Source of the DNA: a bacterium
GTDB taxonomy: Bacteria > UBA8248
Reading direction: 5' to 3'
Assembly (NCBI GenBank): GCA_965202625.1
Contig: CBDBBI010000008.1
Location: forward strand, 1 to 22,533
DNA: 22,533 nt
Notes under the pieces: generated by a model
Databases searched by the model: none
The model's input: only the letters and a program-made list of their open reading frames with translations
Told to the model about the DNA's origin: nothing
Shown here: piece by piece, positions 1 through 9,622 of the stretch
How positions within the stretch are numbered: the first letter of the stretch is position 1
Layout of the letters: each line of letters begins with the position of its first letter
Made by a program: the position numbers and the translations under genes

Positions 1-1
1 T

Positions 2-151
2 AGGATATTTTCTTGAGAACCGAATTGCGATTTGGTAGGGGGTCATGAATGGTCGTCCAAAATGGTGATTTGGGTCACGATCGCTCCTTATAGGTATGTC
101 CAAAACCTCAACGATTTTATCTTCTAACTTGAGGTTGTCCCAATCCGACAT
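2..151 (-). CDS. Partial hypothetical protein running off the left edge (MSDWDNLKLEDKIVEVLDIPIRSDRDPNHHFGRPFMTPYQIAIRFSRKYP...)
   Basis: ATG at 151-149 with an upstream AAAGGAGAGG RBS. The frame is open to the window edge and AT-richer than the core genes. It is not in the ORF track. Confidence 0.6.
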   Translation of the reverse strand, partial: MSDWDNLKLEDKIVEVLDIPIRSDRDPNHHFGRPFMTPYQIAIRFSRKYP

Positions 152-193
152 GAATTTCCTCTCCTTTGATTCGATTCCCTGCAAGTTTCATAA

Positions 194-276
194 TGCCCGG
201 AGCCGGACTCGAACCGGCACGGCCTCTCGGCCAAGGGATTTTAAGTCCCTAGTGTCTACCATTCCACCACCCGGGC
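194..276 (-). tRNA. tRNA-Leu (anticodon TAA), 3' CCA not encoded
   Basis: Reverse complement GCCCGGGTGGTGGAATGGTAGACACTAGGGACTTAAAATCCCTTGGCCGAGAGGCCGTGCCGGTTCGAGTCCGGCTCCGGGCA. It shows a 7-bp acceptor stem, anticodon arm AGGGA-CTTAAAA-TCCCT, a long variable arm and a GGTTCGAGTCC T-arm. It is followed by TTA rather than CCA. Confidence 0.97.
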
Positions 277-587
277 TGGTTCGAGGAGAATACCCCACGA
301 GACGGCGTTTATTCCACTTTGATACTTCGCGCGAGACGCAAGAGAGGAGCGGGAAGGAGGCGCGCATTTTCCCGTTGACGTAAAGGATGACCATATTCGG
401 CACCAATGGCCATGCGCGCGCAAGGCATGGTCGCAAACGAAAGAAGAGCGGCGGCCACGAGACGTAACTTCATCCCATGGGTCGCGCGACCCCCTTCGCG
501 CGTCAAGTGGAAATTCAAGCCCCGCGAGAGTATTTCATACCCTGAAGATCCGGACCTTTCGCTCAGATCACCTGTAAAAGGTGCAGC

Positions 588-1862
588 CTAGCCCATGTAC
601 TCCAGAATGTGCAGGCCCAGCCCCCAGCGGTCGGCCATGTAGATGAGGCCCGTATCCTTGTCCACCTGAACGTCGTTGCTCTGGGGGCAGCAGCGCTCCT
701 TCGTGCCGGCGGGGATGTAGTAGCCCACCTCCTTGGGCCGGAAGGGATTCGACCAGTCCACCACCCGCAGCCCCGCGTTGAACCAGCAGATGTACATGAG
801 GTCGTCCTTCGTCATGTCAAGCCAGATGTTGTGCGCGCCGTGGCGCGAGCCCGTCTCGCTCCATTTCCTGTCGAGGGGCCGCATTTCAACGGGGTCGATC
901 TCATAGGGCATGAAGGTGCTCACGGGCAGAGGCGCAAGCGGGTTTCTCAGATCGTAGAAGGTGACGAACGCCGGAGGATCATCGCAGTTCACCGTGGTGG
1001 TCTCCTGCGTCACGATGCCGAAATCCGACCCCTCCGGCACCAGAAAGCTGTGATAGCAGCCCGCCCAGCCGTGCGTCTCATGGGGGTTGTGTCGCCACAC
1101 GAGCTCAGGCGCGGCCGGATCGGTCAAGTCGAACAGGGCGACGCCTGCGTCCCAATAGCCCGCGGTGACGTAGTTTCCCCAAGGGTTCCCCTCGTGAATC
1201 CAGGCTCCGTCGCCCACGATGTCCGGATCCCAGGAGGGCTCCTCCCCCTCCTTCTGGCCGGGTATAGCGCCCATGCCGATGAACTCCGGTGCCCAAGGGT
1301 CCTTCATGTCGTGGACGAGGAGCACCTTGCCCCGATAGCCGTCCTTGAAGCCCGAGCTGTACATGAGCTGCCGCTTGCGGTCGTAGATCGGCCGGTGGAT
1401 TCCAAAGCCGTCCACCTCCACGTAGTTCACGAATTTAGGATGGAACGGGTCGCGGTTGTCGAAGACGCGCAAGCCACCGATGGCGTCCGGATATTTCTCT
1501 CGCAAGGCGGGCCGCAGCTCGGAGTTCGTGATCAGCACCTCGTCGTTGATGCGCAGCACCTTGTGCGTGCGCGCCGCGGGGCTGTCCACAATCTGGTTGA
1601 TGATTTTGGGATTCGCCGGATCTTTGACGTCGAGAATCGTCATGCCGTCGTGGCCGTTCACGCCCGAGGCCGCGACGTAGCAGATGCCGCCGCCCACCTG
1701 AATCTGAAACGCGTCGCCCCAGCCGTTCAGGTCCGAATGGGCGACGAGGCGGACGCCCTGCGCCTCCTCCTGCCAAGGCTCGGTGAGCACGTGATCCACT
1801 CCCGTGTAGGCGTCGTTGCCACCGCCTCGAATGGGGTTTGGGTGATACGAGGGTCTGGGCAT
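588..1862 (-). CDS. LVIVD-repeat beta-propeller protein
   Basis: Repeated motifs such as GMTILDVKDPANP, GLRVFDNRDPFHP, GVALFDLTDPAAP and WFNAGLRVVDWSNPFRPKEVGYYIP. Start placed at ATG 1862 (GGAGG RBS) rather than 1949. Confidence 0.85.
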   Translation of the reverse strand: MPRPSYHPNPIRGGGNDAYTGVDHVLTEPWQEEAQGVRLVAHSDLNGWGDAFQIQVGGGICYVAASGVNGHDGMTILDVKDPANPKIINQIVDSPAARTHKVLRINDEVLITNSELRPALREKYPDAIGGLRVFDNRDPFHPKFVNYVEVDGFGIHRPIYDRKRQLMYSSGFKDGYRGKVLLVHDMKDPWAPEFIGMGAIPGQKEGEEPSWDPDIVGDGAWIHEGNPWGNYVTAGYWDAGVALFDLTDPAAPELVWRHNPHETHGWAGCYHSFLVPEGSDFGIVTQETTTVNCDDPPAFVTFYDLRNPLAPLPVSTFMPYEIDPVEMRPLDRKWSETGSRHGAHNIWLDMTKDDLMYICWFNAGLRVVDWSNPFRPKEVGYYIPAGTKERCCPQSNDVQVDKDTGLIYMADRWGLGLHILEYMG

Positions 1863-2004
1863 GGTTCCTCCGCGAAAAAAATAGACGATGACGAATGAAG
1901 CGAACTCGCGAGTTTCACTATATGAGAAAATTCCGGCTTGCGAAAGCACGGGAGGGAGCCGGCTTCTATTGCCTCTTCATTCAAGCCATCCCCTCCTGAG
2001 GGGG

Positions 2005-3126
2005 TCATTCTTGCCGGAACAAGCGGATGAAATCCGCAAAGGGGGCGGGCGGGATTTTGGCGACCTCCATGTTTTCCAGAACGTGAGAGATCTGGCGCAT
2101 TCCCACGAGGGCGACGGCCACGCCGGGTGCGCTGCGCGTGAACTGAATGGCGCGCTGCGCATCGGTGGAAAAACCGGAAAACGTCTCCCCCACGACGGCG
2201 GGAAGCCCTTGGGCCGCTTGTCCCTGAAGCATTGAGCCGCTCGTCATGACGGTGAGGCCGCTCTGGGCGGCGGCGGCCAGAAAACTCTTCATCTCTCCGC
2301 CTTGGTCCTGATTCGGCCGGGAGAAAGCCTCGGTCATGCCCAGGTTCAGGGGCAGCTGCACCGCCCGAAAATGGTGATCCTCCCCGCCCGCCGCCCGCGC
2401 CGCCTCCAACACCTCGGCGAGCGAGAGATACTCCCCCTCGTCCGGTGCCAGGCGATAGCCATTCCAGGTGGCCGTGCCGTAGGTACGTATCTTCCTTTCC
2501 GCCACGGCACGCTCGCACTCCTCGAAAGCGTCCCGCAGCCGGCCCAGAAAAATTTTTCGTGAAACCGCCTGCAGCTGCGTCTCGGGGTTGTGGAGGTAAT
2601 AGACGTCGATGGTCTCAAGTCCCAGGTTCCGAAGGCTCGCTTCCAGTTCGTGCCGCAAATACGCAGGCGTCATGCAGTGACAATTTGCGACGACGTCCGC
2701 AGGGGTGCAGATACGAGGCGCGAAATAGGTTTTTCGCATGTAATCCTCAAAATCTTCCCGCCCCTGGGGCGGATGCGCGTCGAAGGGAATGAATCCCCCT
2801 TTCGAGGATATGACCAGCCCCTCCCTGCGCGCATCCCCTGCGGCGAACGCATCCTCCAAAGCCGCCCCGGCGCTCCTCTCGCTGCGCTGAAAACGATAGT
2901 TCACCGCCGTGTCGATGACGTTGCACCCGCTGCGGACGGCGGCTGCCAGAGACGCGCGATACGCCTCGTCCGTCGCCTCATCCGCCTCTCCGAGATAGGT
3001 GCCGACCCCGATCGAGGAGAGCCAGAGGCCGTTTGATTCCCGGAAATGCGCGGGATGGCAAGTGGAGGAGTGCGTTTGCGCATAGCTTCGCGTCCCCTCG
3101 GTCGTAGCGAAACCCGGATGGGACAT
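2005..3126 (-). CDS. Aldo/keto reductase family oxidoreductase
   Basis: AKR motifs SSIGVGTY, NVIDTAVNY..QRSE, SSKGG, SLRNLGLETIDVYYLHNPE and ALVGM...HVLEN. Confidence 0.9.
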   Translation of the reverse strand: MSHPGFATTEGTRSYAQTHSSTCHPAHFRESNGLWLSSIGVGTYLGEADEATDEAYRASLAAAVRSGCNVIDTAVNYRFQRSERSAGAALEDAFAAGDARREGLVISSKGGFIPFDAHPPQGREDFEDYMRKTYFAPRICTPADVVANCHCMTPAYLRHELEASLRNLGLETIDVYYLHNPETQLQAVSRKIFLGRLRDAFEECERAVAERKIRTYGTATWNGYRLAPDEGEYLSLAEVLEAARAAGGEDHHFRAVQLPLNLGMTEAFSRPNQDQGGEMKSFLAAAAQSGLTVMTSGSMLQGQAAQGLPAVVGETFSGFSTDAQRAIQFTRSAPGVAVALVGMRQISHVLENMEVAKIPPAPFADFIRLFRQE

Positions 3127-3429
3127 CAGGGGATTATCCGCTCGGCCAATGGGAGGCGAGGTCGGCAGCGTTCAGGGCGAACGCGGGAAGGGGCTGAATG
3201 AGGTTTTCTGCGGCGGTGCGGATGGTCATTCACGGCATGAATCCCTCGCCCGCAAGGTCTTTTCTGATCTCTATTGCCTCTCCTGCTCCGGGCCTGTCAA
3301 TGTTTCGCGAGCACACTCTATCAGACAAGACGGGAAGGTTCATACTTTAGAGTGAAGCGTCCACACATGATACAACCAAGGGCGGAGAAGATGAACGAAA
3401 AAAGCCGCTTTTCGTCAAAAATTGCCTCC

Positions 3430-3458
3430 TTGACACGCCCCCCCACTTCACCGATAAT
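3430..3458 (+). promoter_or_regulatory. Putative sigma70 promoter of the coxSLM-like operon
   Basis: TTGACA (3430-3435), 17-nt spacer, GATAAT (3453-3458), about 115 nt upstream of the TTG start. Confidence 0.6.
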
Positions 3459-3573
3459 ACACCCATCCGATAATTTCATTGAGGGCGAGGTCGCTATTTG
3501 CACATGATAGAGAAGCTGTTTTCCTCGTTGGGGAGCGCGCTTTGGACGTCTTTCACGAGAGGGGCTGAAGACC

Positions 3574-4038
3574 TTGGAAATCACCCTCACCATCAACGGC
3601 GAGAGCCAGACATACGACGCACCGCCCAGAACCCTTCTGGTTCACCTCCTGCGCGATGAGGCGGGGCTTACGGGTACCCACGTCGCTTGCGAAACCTCGA
3701 TATGCGGGGCCTGCACCGTCCTGATTGACGGCAAGGCGGTGAAAAGCTGCACCCTGCTGGCCGCACAGGCGGACGGCTGTGCGATCACGACCATTGAGGG
3801 GGTGGCCTCGGGCGATGCGCTTCACCCTCTTCAGGAGCAGTTCTGGGAGAAGCACGGCCTTCAGTGCGGCTACTGCACGCCGGGCATGATCATGACGGCA
3901 CACCAGCTCATCGCGTCGAACCCCGACCCGAGCGATGCGGAAATCCGGCACGGCATCGAGGGGAACGTTTGCCGATGCACGGGTTATCAGAACATCGTCG
4001 ACGCCATTTCCGCCGCGGCGGCCCAGATGAGGGAATAA
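3574..4038 (+). CDS. coxS: (2Fe-2S)-binding small subunit of a CO dehydrogenase/xanthine dehydrogenase family enzyme
   Basis: Fe-S motifs [10 protein letters not shown] and QCGYCTPG...[12 protein letters not shown] start with GAGAGGGG RBS. Confidence 0.92.
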   Translation: MEITLTINGESQTYDAPPRTLLVHLLRDEAGLTGTHVACETSICGACTVLIDGKAVKSCTLLAAQADGCAITTIEGVASGDALHPLQEQFWEKHGLQCGYCTPGMIMTAHQLIASNPDPSDAEIRHGIEGNVCRCTGYQNIVDAISAAAAQMRE

Positions 4039-4041
4039 CAG

Positions 4042-6375
4042 ATGGCACAGGCTCCCAAGTTCATCGGCGCGCCCATCAAGAGACGAGACGATCCGCGTCT
4101 CATTCAGGGCCTCGCCCATTACGTGGACGACTTCAACCCGCCCGGCACCCTGCACATGGCGGTGGTGAGAAGTCCATACGGCCACGCCGCCATACGCTCG
4201 GTCGACGCGTCGAAGGCCCGGGCTGCGGAGGGCGTCGTCGCCGTATATACGTATGAGGACACGAAAGGGATCGGCCCCGTTCCAGTAGGCGGCCTCGTGC
4301 CTGACGCCAAGGTGCCCGAGCAGCCGGTTCTGGCGAACAAGAAGGCGCTCTTCGCCGGAGAGCCCATCGCCGTGGTCGTCGCGCGGACGCGCTATGGTGC
4401 GCGAGACGCCGCGGAACTCGTGGAGGTCGATTGCGATCCGCTCGACGCCGTGGTGGACGTCGAAAGCGCCCTGGACGCCAACGCACCCAGGGTGCACGAG
4501 GCGTATGAGAACAACGAGGCGTTCAAATGGGGGATATCCGGCGGGGACGTGGAAGCCGGCTTCAGGGCGGCCGACGTCATCGTCAAGGAGCGCATCACGA
4601 ACGCCCGCGTCGCTCCGCTGGCACTGGAGCCTCGGGGCGTTCTGGCCCACTACCTGCCGGGCGAGGACAAGATGACGCTGTGGACCTCCACCCAGGTACC
4701 GCACAAGGTGCGCACGCTGGTGGCGGGCCAGATTGGCATGCCGGAGAATCGCATGCGCGTCATCGCACCCGAGGTGGGCGGCGGCTTTGGCAGCAAACTC
4801 AACATCTACCGCGAGGAGGCACTCGCCGCCTACGTCTCGCGCGAACTCGGCTTGCCGATCAAATGGGTGGAGAGCCGCTCAGAGAATTTCATGGCCACCA
4901 TTCACGGGCGCGGCCAGGTGGGCGAAGTGGAGATGGGGCTCAAGAGCGACGGCACCATCACCGCCTTTCGCTACAACGTCCTTGCCGACTGCGGCGCCTA
5001 CTATCAGCTGCTCACCGTGGCCATCTTCACGCTAACGGGCCTCATGCTTCCCGGTCCCTACAAAATCGACAACGTCGAGATGAACGCCACCGGCGTGTTC
5101 ACGAACAAGATAGCGACGGACGCCTACCGGGGCGCCGGCCGTCCCGAGGCCACCTACATTCTCGAACGCATGATGGACGTCGCGGCGAAAAAGCTGGGGA
5201 TGGACCCCGCGGAAATCCGCCGAAGGAATTTTCCGGACAAGGCCGACTTCCCCTTCCCTACGTCCGCCGGCCTCACCTACGACAGCGGGGATTACCACGC
5301 GGCACTCGAGCGCGCACTCGAGGCCGCCGACTACCCCGCCATGCGCGCCCAGCAAGAGGAGGCCCGAAAGGCGGGTCGGCATCTGGGAATCGGCCTTTCC
5401 ACCTACGTCGAGATTTGCGGTATGGGGCCTTCCGCCGCCATGGGCGGCCAGGGATGGGAGAGTGCGCGCGTGCGCGTGGAGCCCACGGGCAAGGCCACCG
5501 TATTCTCCGGCGCCTCGCCCCACGGCCAGGGCCAGCAAACCTCCTTCGCCCAGATCGTGGCCGACGGGCTGGGCATCGGGGTGGACGACGTCACCGTCAT
5601 TCACGGGGACACCGACGTGGTACCCTATGGCGTGGGCACCTTCGGCAGCCGGGGCACGGTGGTGGGCGGCTCGGCGGTCGTCTGCGCGCGCGACAAGGTG
5701 CGCGAGAAGATGGCCAAATTCGCGGCGCTCGAATTCGAGGCGGACGCGAGCGACGTCGCCTTCGAGGGCGGGGAGGTTTTCGTCAAGAGCGCACCCGAGA
5801 AGTCGGCCGCCTTCGCCGACATCGCGCAGCTCGCCTACAGTGCCATCAAACTTCCGGAGAACACCGATCCGGGGCTTGAGGAGACGCACTTCTTCGAGCC
5901 GAGCAACTTCACCTTCCCCTTCGGGGCGCACGTCGTTCTGGCCGAGGTGGATTCAGAGACGGGGGACGTGGAGATTCTCCGATACGTAGCGGTGGACGAC
6001 GTGGGCAACATGATCAACCCGCTGCTCGTCCAGGGCCAGATTCACGGCGGCATCGCCCAGGGGATGGGACAGGCACTGGAAGAGGAGATGCTCTACGGCG
6101 AGGGCGGACAGCCGCTCAACGCATCCCTCATGCACTACGCCCTCCCCAAGGCGAATCGCCTGCCCCGCTTCGAGCTTCTCCACACCACCACGCCGACGGA
6201 CGTCAACCCGCTCGGGGCGAAAGGCGTGGGCGAGGCCGGCACCATCGGCTCCACCCCCGCCGTGGTGAACGCCGTCATCGACGCCCTCGCACCCTTTGGC
6301 GTCACCCACATCGACATGCCCCTGCGCCCCGAGAAGGTATGGCGCGCCATCGCCGGAAAGAAGGGTCTCGCATGA
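4042..6375 (+). CDS. coxL: Molybdopterin-binding large subunit, form II (putative) CoxL-like molybdenum hydroxylase
   Basis: Motifs EVGGGFGSK, AYRGAGRPEA (form II; form I CODH has AYXCSFR), HGQG, GTFGSRG, GQIHGGIAQG and GAKGVGEAG. Confidence 0.9.
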   Translation: MAQAPKFIGAPIKRRDDPRLIQGLAHYVDDFNPPGTLHMAVVRSPYGHAAIRSVDASKARAAEGVVAVYTYEDTKGIGPVPVGGLVPDAKVPEQPVLANKKALFAGEPIAVVVARTRYGARDAAELVEVDCDPLDAVVDVESALDANAPRVHEAYENNEAFKWGISGGDVEAGFRAADVIVKERITNARVAPLALEPRGVLAHYLPGEDKMTLWTSTQVPHKVRTLVAGQIGMPENRMRVIAPEVGGGFGSKLNIYREEALAAYVSRELGLPIKWVESRSENFMATIHGRGQVGEVEMGLKSDGTITAFRYNVLADCGAYYQLLTVAIFTLTGLMLPGPYKIDNVEMNATGVFTNKIATDAYRGAGRPEATYILERMMDVAAKKLGMDPAEIRRRNFPDKADFPFPTSAGLTYDSGDYHAALERALEAADYPAMRAQQEEARKAGRHLGIGLSTYVEICGMGPSAAMGGQGWESARVRVEPTGKATVFSGASPHGQGQQTSFAQIVADGLGIGVDDVTVIHGDTDVVPYGVGTFGSRGTVVGGSAVVCARDKVREKMAKFAALEFEADASDVAFEGGEVFVKSAPEKSAAFADIAQLAYSAIKLPENTDPGLEETHFFEPSNFTFPFGAHVVLAEVDSETGDVEILRYVAVDDVGNMINPLLVQGQIHGGIAQGMGQALEEEMLYGEGGQPLNASLMHYALPKANRLPRFELLHTTTPTDVNPLGAKGVGEAGTIGSTPAVVNAVIDALAPFGVTHIDMPLRPEKVWRAIAGKKGLA

Positions 6376-7247
6376 TTCCAGCCCCTTTCGACTACGTTCG
6401 TCCCAAGACGCTTGCGGGCGCCCTCGCGCGTCTCAAAGAATCCGGAGACGATGCGAAACTCCTCGCCGGCGGCCACAGTCTTCTGCCCGTGATGAAGGCG
6501 AGGCTCGCGCATCCGCGCGTCCTCATCGACGTCGCCCGGGTTGAGGGGCTGTCGGGCATCGCAGAATCAGACGGCACCCTTCGCATCGGGGCGATGACGA
6601 CCCACGCCGAAATCGAGGCGTCACCCGTAGTGGGGGAGAAATGCCGGCTCCTCGCCGAGGCTGCGGGTGCGATTGGCGACGCGCAGGTCAGAAACCGGGG
6701 CACGCTGGGCGGTGCTCTCGCCCATGCCGATCCCGCCGCCGACTACCCGGCGGCCATGCTGGCGAGCGGTGCGGAAATCATCGCGGCGGGCGAGAACGGG
6801 GAGCGCGTCATCGGTGCTGACGACTTCTTCACCGGAACGTATGAAACCGCCCTCGCCCCTGGCGAGATTCTCGTTTCTGTCCGCATACCCGCTTCACCAG
6901 CGCGCAGCGGAGGGGCGTATCTCAAGGCGGCACAGCAGGCCAGCGGCTTCGCCGTCTGCGGCGTGGCGGCCCGGCTCGCACTGGGTGCGGACGGCTCCGT
7001 CTCCTCCCTTCGCGTGGGCGTGACGGGCGTCGCCACTCCCGCCTATCGCGCCAGGAGCGTCGAGAACGCCCTCATCGGCGGGACACCGAGCGCGGAGGAA
7101 ATCCAGGCGGCGGCGCGGACGGCCGGCGAGGGCGTCGAGGCACTCGATGATTTTTACGCCGGAGCGGATTTCAGACGCCACCTTGCCGGAGTCTACGCCG
7201 GGCGCGCCATCTCCAAAGCACTGGCGCGTGCCTCCGGCGGCGAATAG
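6372..7247 (+). CDS. coxM: FAD-binding medium subunit (CoxM/CutM family)
   Basis: Motifs MIPAPFDY, LLAGGHSL, IGAMTTH and IGDAQVRNRGTLGG..AHADPAAD. ATG at 6372 overlaps the coxL stop (ATGA). Confidence 0.9.
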   Translation: MIPAPFDYVRPKTLAGALARLKESGDDAKLLAGGHSLLPVMKARLAHPRVLIDVARVEGLSGIAESDGTLRIGAMTTHAEIEASPVVGEKCRLLAEAAGAIGDAQVRNRGTLGGALAHADPAADYPAAMLASGAEIIAAGENGERVIGADDFFTGTYETALAPGEILVSVRIPASPARSGGAYLKAAQQASGFAVCGVAARLALGADGSVSSLRVGVTGVATPAYRARSVENALIGGTPSAEEIQAAARTAGEGVEALDDFYAGADFRRHLAGVYAGRAISKALARASGGE

Positions 7248-7331
7248 ATACACCCACGTCCCAGCGACGCAATCCCATGCTCTCCATTCGCGGCGCACGG
7301 CGCGCTTTTTCTCTCCTCCAGCGATGCCGGC

Positions 7332-8171
7332 ATGTGCTCCCTGACGTTGGCTAAGCCTCCGCTCCTCCCCTCCATCCCCTGGCTTGCGCGTGAGAACGCG
7401 CGTCTCATCTCCCGGCTCCGCGCGCTCTCCGACGCCGATTGGCGAAAGCCCACTTTCTGTCCCGCCTGGGACGCGCGCCAGCTCGTCGGCCACATGACGG
7501 GAGGTGCCATCTCCTATCTCGAGCGGATACAGGCGACGCGGCAGGGCGACGTCATCCTCTCTCTCGGTGCCGCGACGCCGGAGGAATTCCAGGCGGCGCG
7601 GGATGCGATCATGAAAAAATCCGCCGCCATGTCTTCGGCGGAGCGCATCGACTGGCTGGAGAGGAGCCAGGACGCGCTACAAGATGCGCTGGCGCGTCTC
7701 ACGCCCGGCGATCTGGATCGGCCGCTCTGGCATAGAAAGGGAGACACGCGGCTTCGATCTTTTCCCGATCAGAGGCTTTATGAGGTAGCGCTTCACTGCT
7801 GGGATTTGAAGAACCATTCCGCCGCACCTCTTCACGCCGACGCATTGGGCGCGCTCGTGGACGTCCTCAGGACGAGGCTTCCCCTGCAGTGCAACCGCGC
7901 CGCGGCGGCGGGAATAGAAGGCACGTTTCGTTTCGAGACAACCGCGCCCAAAGCGGCGTGGGAGATGACGATAGCCGACGGCGAGGCATCGCCCAGTGCG
8001 CGTCTTTGCGAGGCACCCGACGCCTCCCTCTCCGCGTCCGCCAGCGACATGGTACTCTTGTACGCGGGCCGGGCGTGCCGTGCTGCGAAGATGGCGAGCG
8101 GCGACCTCCTCGTCCAGGGAGACGCGCGGGGAGCGGCGCGACTCATGGACGTCCTGTTCCAGCCCTTTTGA
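7332..8171 (+). CDS. Maleylpyruvate isomerase N-terminal (MDMPI/DinB-superfamily) protein with SCP2-like C-terminal domain
   Basis: DWRKPTFCPAWDARQLVGHM and EVALHCWDL metal-binding motifs. C-terminal PDASLSASASD...GDLLVQGD is SCP2-like. Start uncertain. Confidence 0.75.
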   Translation: MCSLTLAKPPLLPSIPWLARENARLISRLRALSDADWRKPTFCPAWDARQLVGHMTGGAISYLERIQATRQGDVILSLGAATPEEFQAARDAIMKKSAAMSSAERIDWLERSQDALQDALARLTPGDLDRPLWHRKGDTRLRSFPDQRLYEVALHCWDLKNHSAAPLHADALGALVDVLRTRLPLQCNRAAAAGIEGTFRFETTAPKAAWEMTIADGEASPSARLCEAPDASLSASASDMVLLYAGRACRAAKMASGDLLVQGDARGAARLMDVLFQPF

Positions 8172-8181
8172 AGGATCACGT

Positions 8182-8697
8182 ATGCGGCTCCTCATTGACG
8201 GCTACAACCTCATCCCCGCCATTCCGGAGCTCAGGCGAACGCTTCATCAGGACCTTGAGGCCGGGCGCGACGGCCTCATCAAGACGCTTCAGGACTATCG
8301 CAGAAACTCTCCGCTGAAACCGCTCATCACCGTCGTGTTCGACGGCAAATCCCGCCACGACCGAGGCGGAAGCGGAAAAGCGAGCGGGGTCGAGGTGCTG
8401 TTCTCCAGAGGCGAAATTGCCGACGCGCTCATCTTGCGCCTTTTGAAAAACGAATACAGGGGCGCCGTTCTCGTCACATCGGACAGAGCACTCGGTGCAT
8501 CGGCGGCCCCTTACGCGGCGACGGTCGTGCGGACGGGAGAATTCAGAGAACGCCTCTATGAGGCGTCCTTCACCGATGAAGAGAAAGACTGCGATGAAGC
8601 CCCCATACGCCCAAGGAGCGACACACGGAAAAAGGGAAACCCGAGGCGCGCCTCCAAAAAAGAGCGCAGGCGCAACAAACATCTCAGAAACCTTTGA
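8182..8697 (+). CDS. YacP-like NYN-domain protein
   Basis: LLIDGYNLI, VVFDG, FS..EIADALI and LVTSDR motifs, with a basic tail KKGNPRRASKKERR. ATG at 8182 with AAGGA RBS. Confidence 0.85.
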   Translation: MRLLIDGYNLIPAIPELRRTLHQDLEAGRDGLIKTLQDYRRNSPLKPLITVVFDGKSRHDRGGSGKASGVEVLFSRGEIADALILRLLKNEYRGAVLVTSDRALGASAAPYAATVVRTGEFRERLYEASFTDEEKDCDEAPIRPRSDTRKKGNPRRASKKERRRNKHLRNL

Positions 8698-8799
8698 GGC
8701 GCGCGCCGGTTCTTTCCAGGGTTTTCATATCCCCCCTGCGGCGGGTGCTCATTCCATGATCGAAAAACGCCCCATCCCTCGCTTGCCCCGGAGTTCACG

Positions 8800-9507
8800 A
8801 TGACCGCCGCGCATGACGCGTCGTTTCGCGTCGGCCTGTTGGTTCCATCGTCAAACGCCACGATGGAGCGCGATTTTCACAAAAACCTGCCTGAGGAAGT
8901 CTCCGTTTGCACCTCCCGAATGTTTCTGGACGAGACGACCAGGCAAGCCGAAATCCGCATGATCGAAGAATCCCTGCCCGAGGCGAGTCGGATGCTTCGG
9001 ACGGCTCATCCCCATTTTTGCGTCTTTGGCTGCACGTCGGGAGGCGCGCTCTTTGGAAGGGCGCACGACAGGAGAATACAAGCGCGGATCGAGGCGCAAA
9101 CCGGCGCCGAGACGACCACCATTCTCTCGGCACTCTCCAGGGAGTTCTCCGAGATGGGCGCGAAAAAGCTGGTGGTGCTCACGCCCTATATTGATGAGTT
9201 GAACGCGCCCATCCGCGCCTCCCTTGAAGAAGACGGACGTGAGGTTCTCTCCATAGACGGCATGGGGATGACGAACAACGTCGCCATCGGAAACACGGGG
9301 GCGGAGAGAATCCTCCAATTCTCGGACGAGCACCTTTCGGCGCAAACCTTGAAAAATGCGGACTGTCTTTTCATCTCCTGTACGAACCTGCCCGCTCTCG
9401 ACGCCCTGCCCCAGATTCACGCCCGCTACCCCGGCCTGGCGGTGATGACGAGCAACCTGGCCGCACTCCTGGCAGTGCGCAGAAAACTGAAGGAAAAATC
9501 GGTGTAA
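8800..9507 (+). CDS. Maleate cis-trans isomerase / Asp-Glu racemase family protein
   Basis: VGLLVPSSNATME, FGCTSG, LTPY and FISCTNL, with both catalytic Cys present. Confidence 0.85.
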   Translation: MTAAHDASFRVGLLVPSSNATMERDFHKNLPEEVSVCTSRMFLDETTRQAEIRMIEESLPEASRMLRTAHPHFCVFGCTSGGALFGRAHDRRIQARIEAQTGAETTTILSALSREFSEMGAKKLVVLTPYIDELNAPIRASLEEDGREVLSIDGMGMTNNVAIGNTGAERILQFSDEHLSAQTLKNADCLFISCTNLPALDALPQIHARYPGLAVMTSNLAALLAVRRKLKEKSV

Positions 9508-9622
9508 GATGCCCGTTCTTCTCACACGCACCGAACCCATGCGGCATCCAAGGCCGCCTGGGGGACCATAGGCTCTGGTGCGGAATGCGCATACGCCTCA
9601 TCACCATGGAGTGAACCCCCTC

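Noticed and set aside
194-276. bldA-like control: rare tRNA-Leu(UAA) and a TTA codon in each lipoprotein signal peptide
   Set aside because: The three TTA codons are one ancestral codon duplicated, and nothing here indicates regulated tRNA expression.
3135-3230. 31-aa minus-strand ORF (MTIRTAAENLIQPLPAFALNAADLASHWPSG) just upstream of the aldo/keto reductase
   Set aside because: It is too short, with no recognisable motif or convincing RBS.
4042-6375. Bona fide aerobic CO dehydrogenase (form I)
   Set aside because: The active-site loop is AYRGAGR, lacking the Cu-binding Cys, and the gene order and absent accessory genes do not fit form I.
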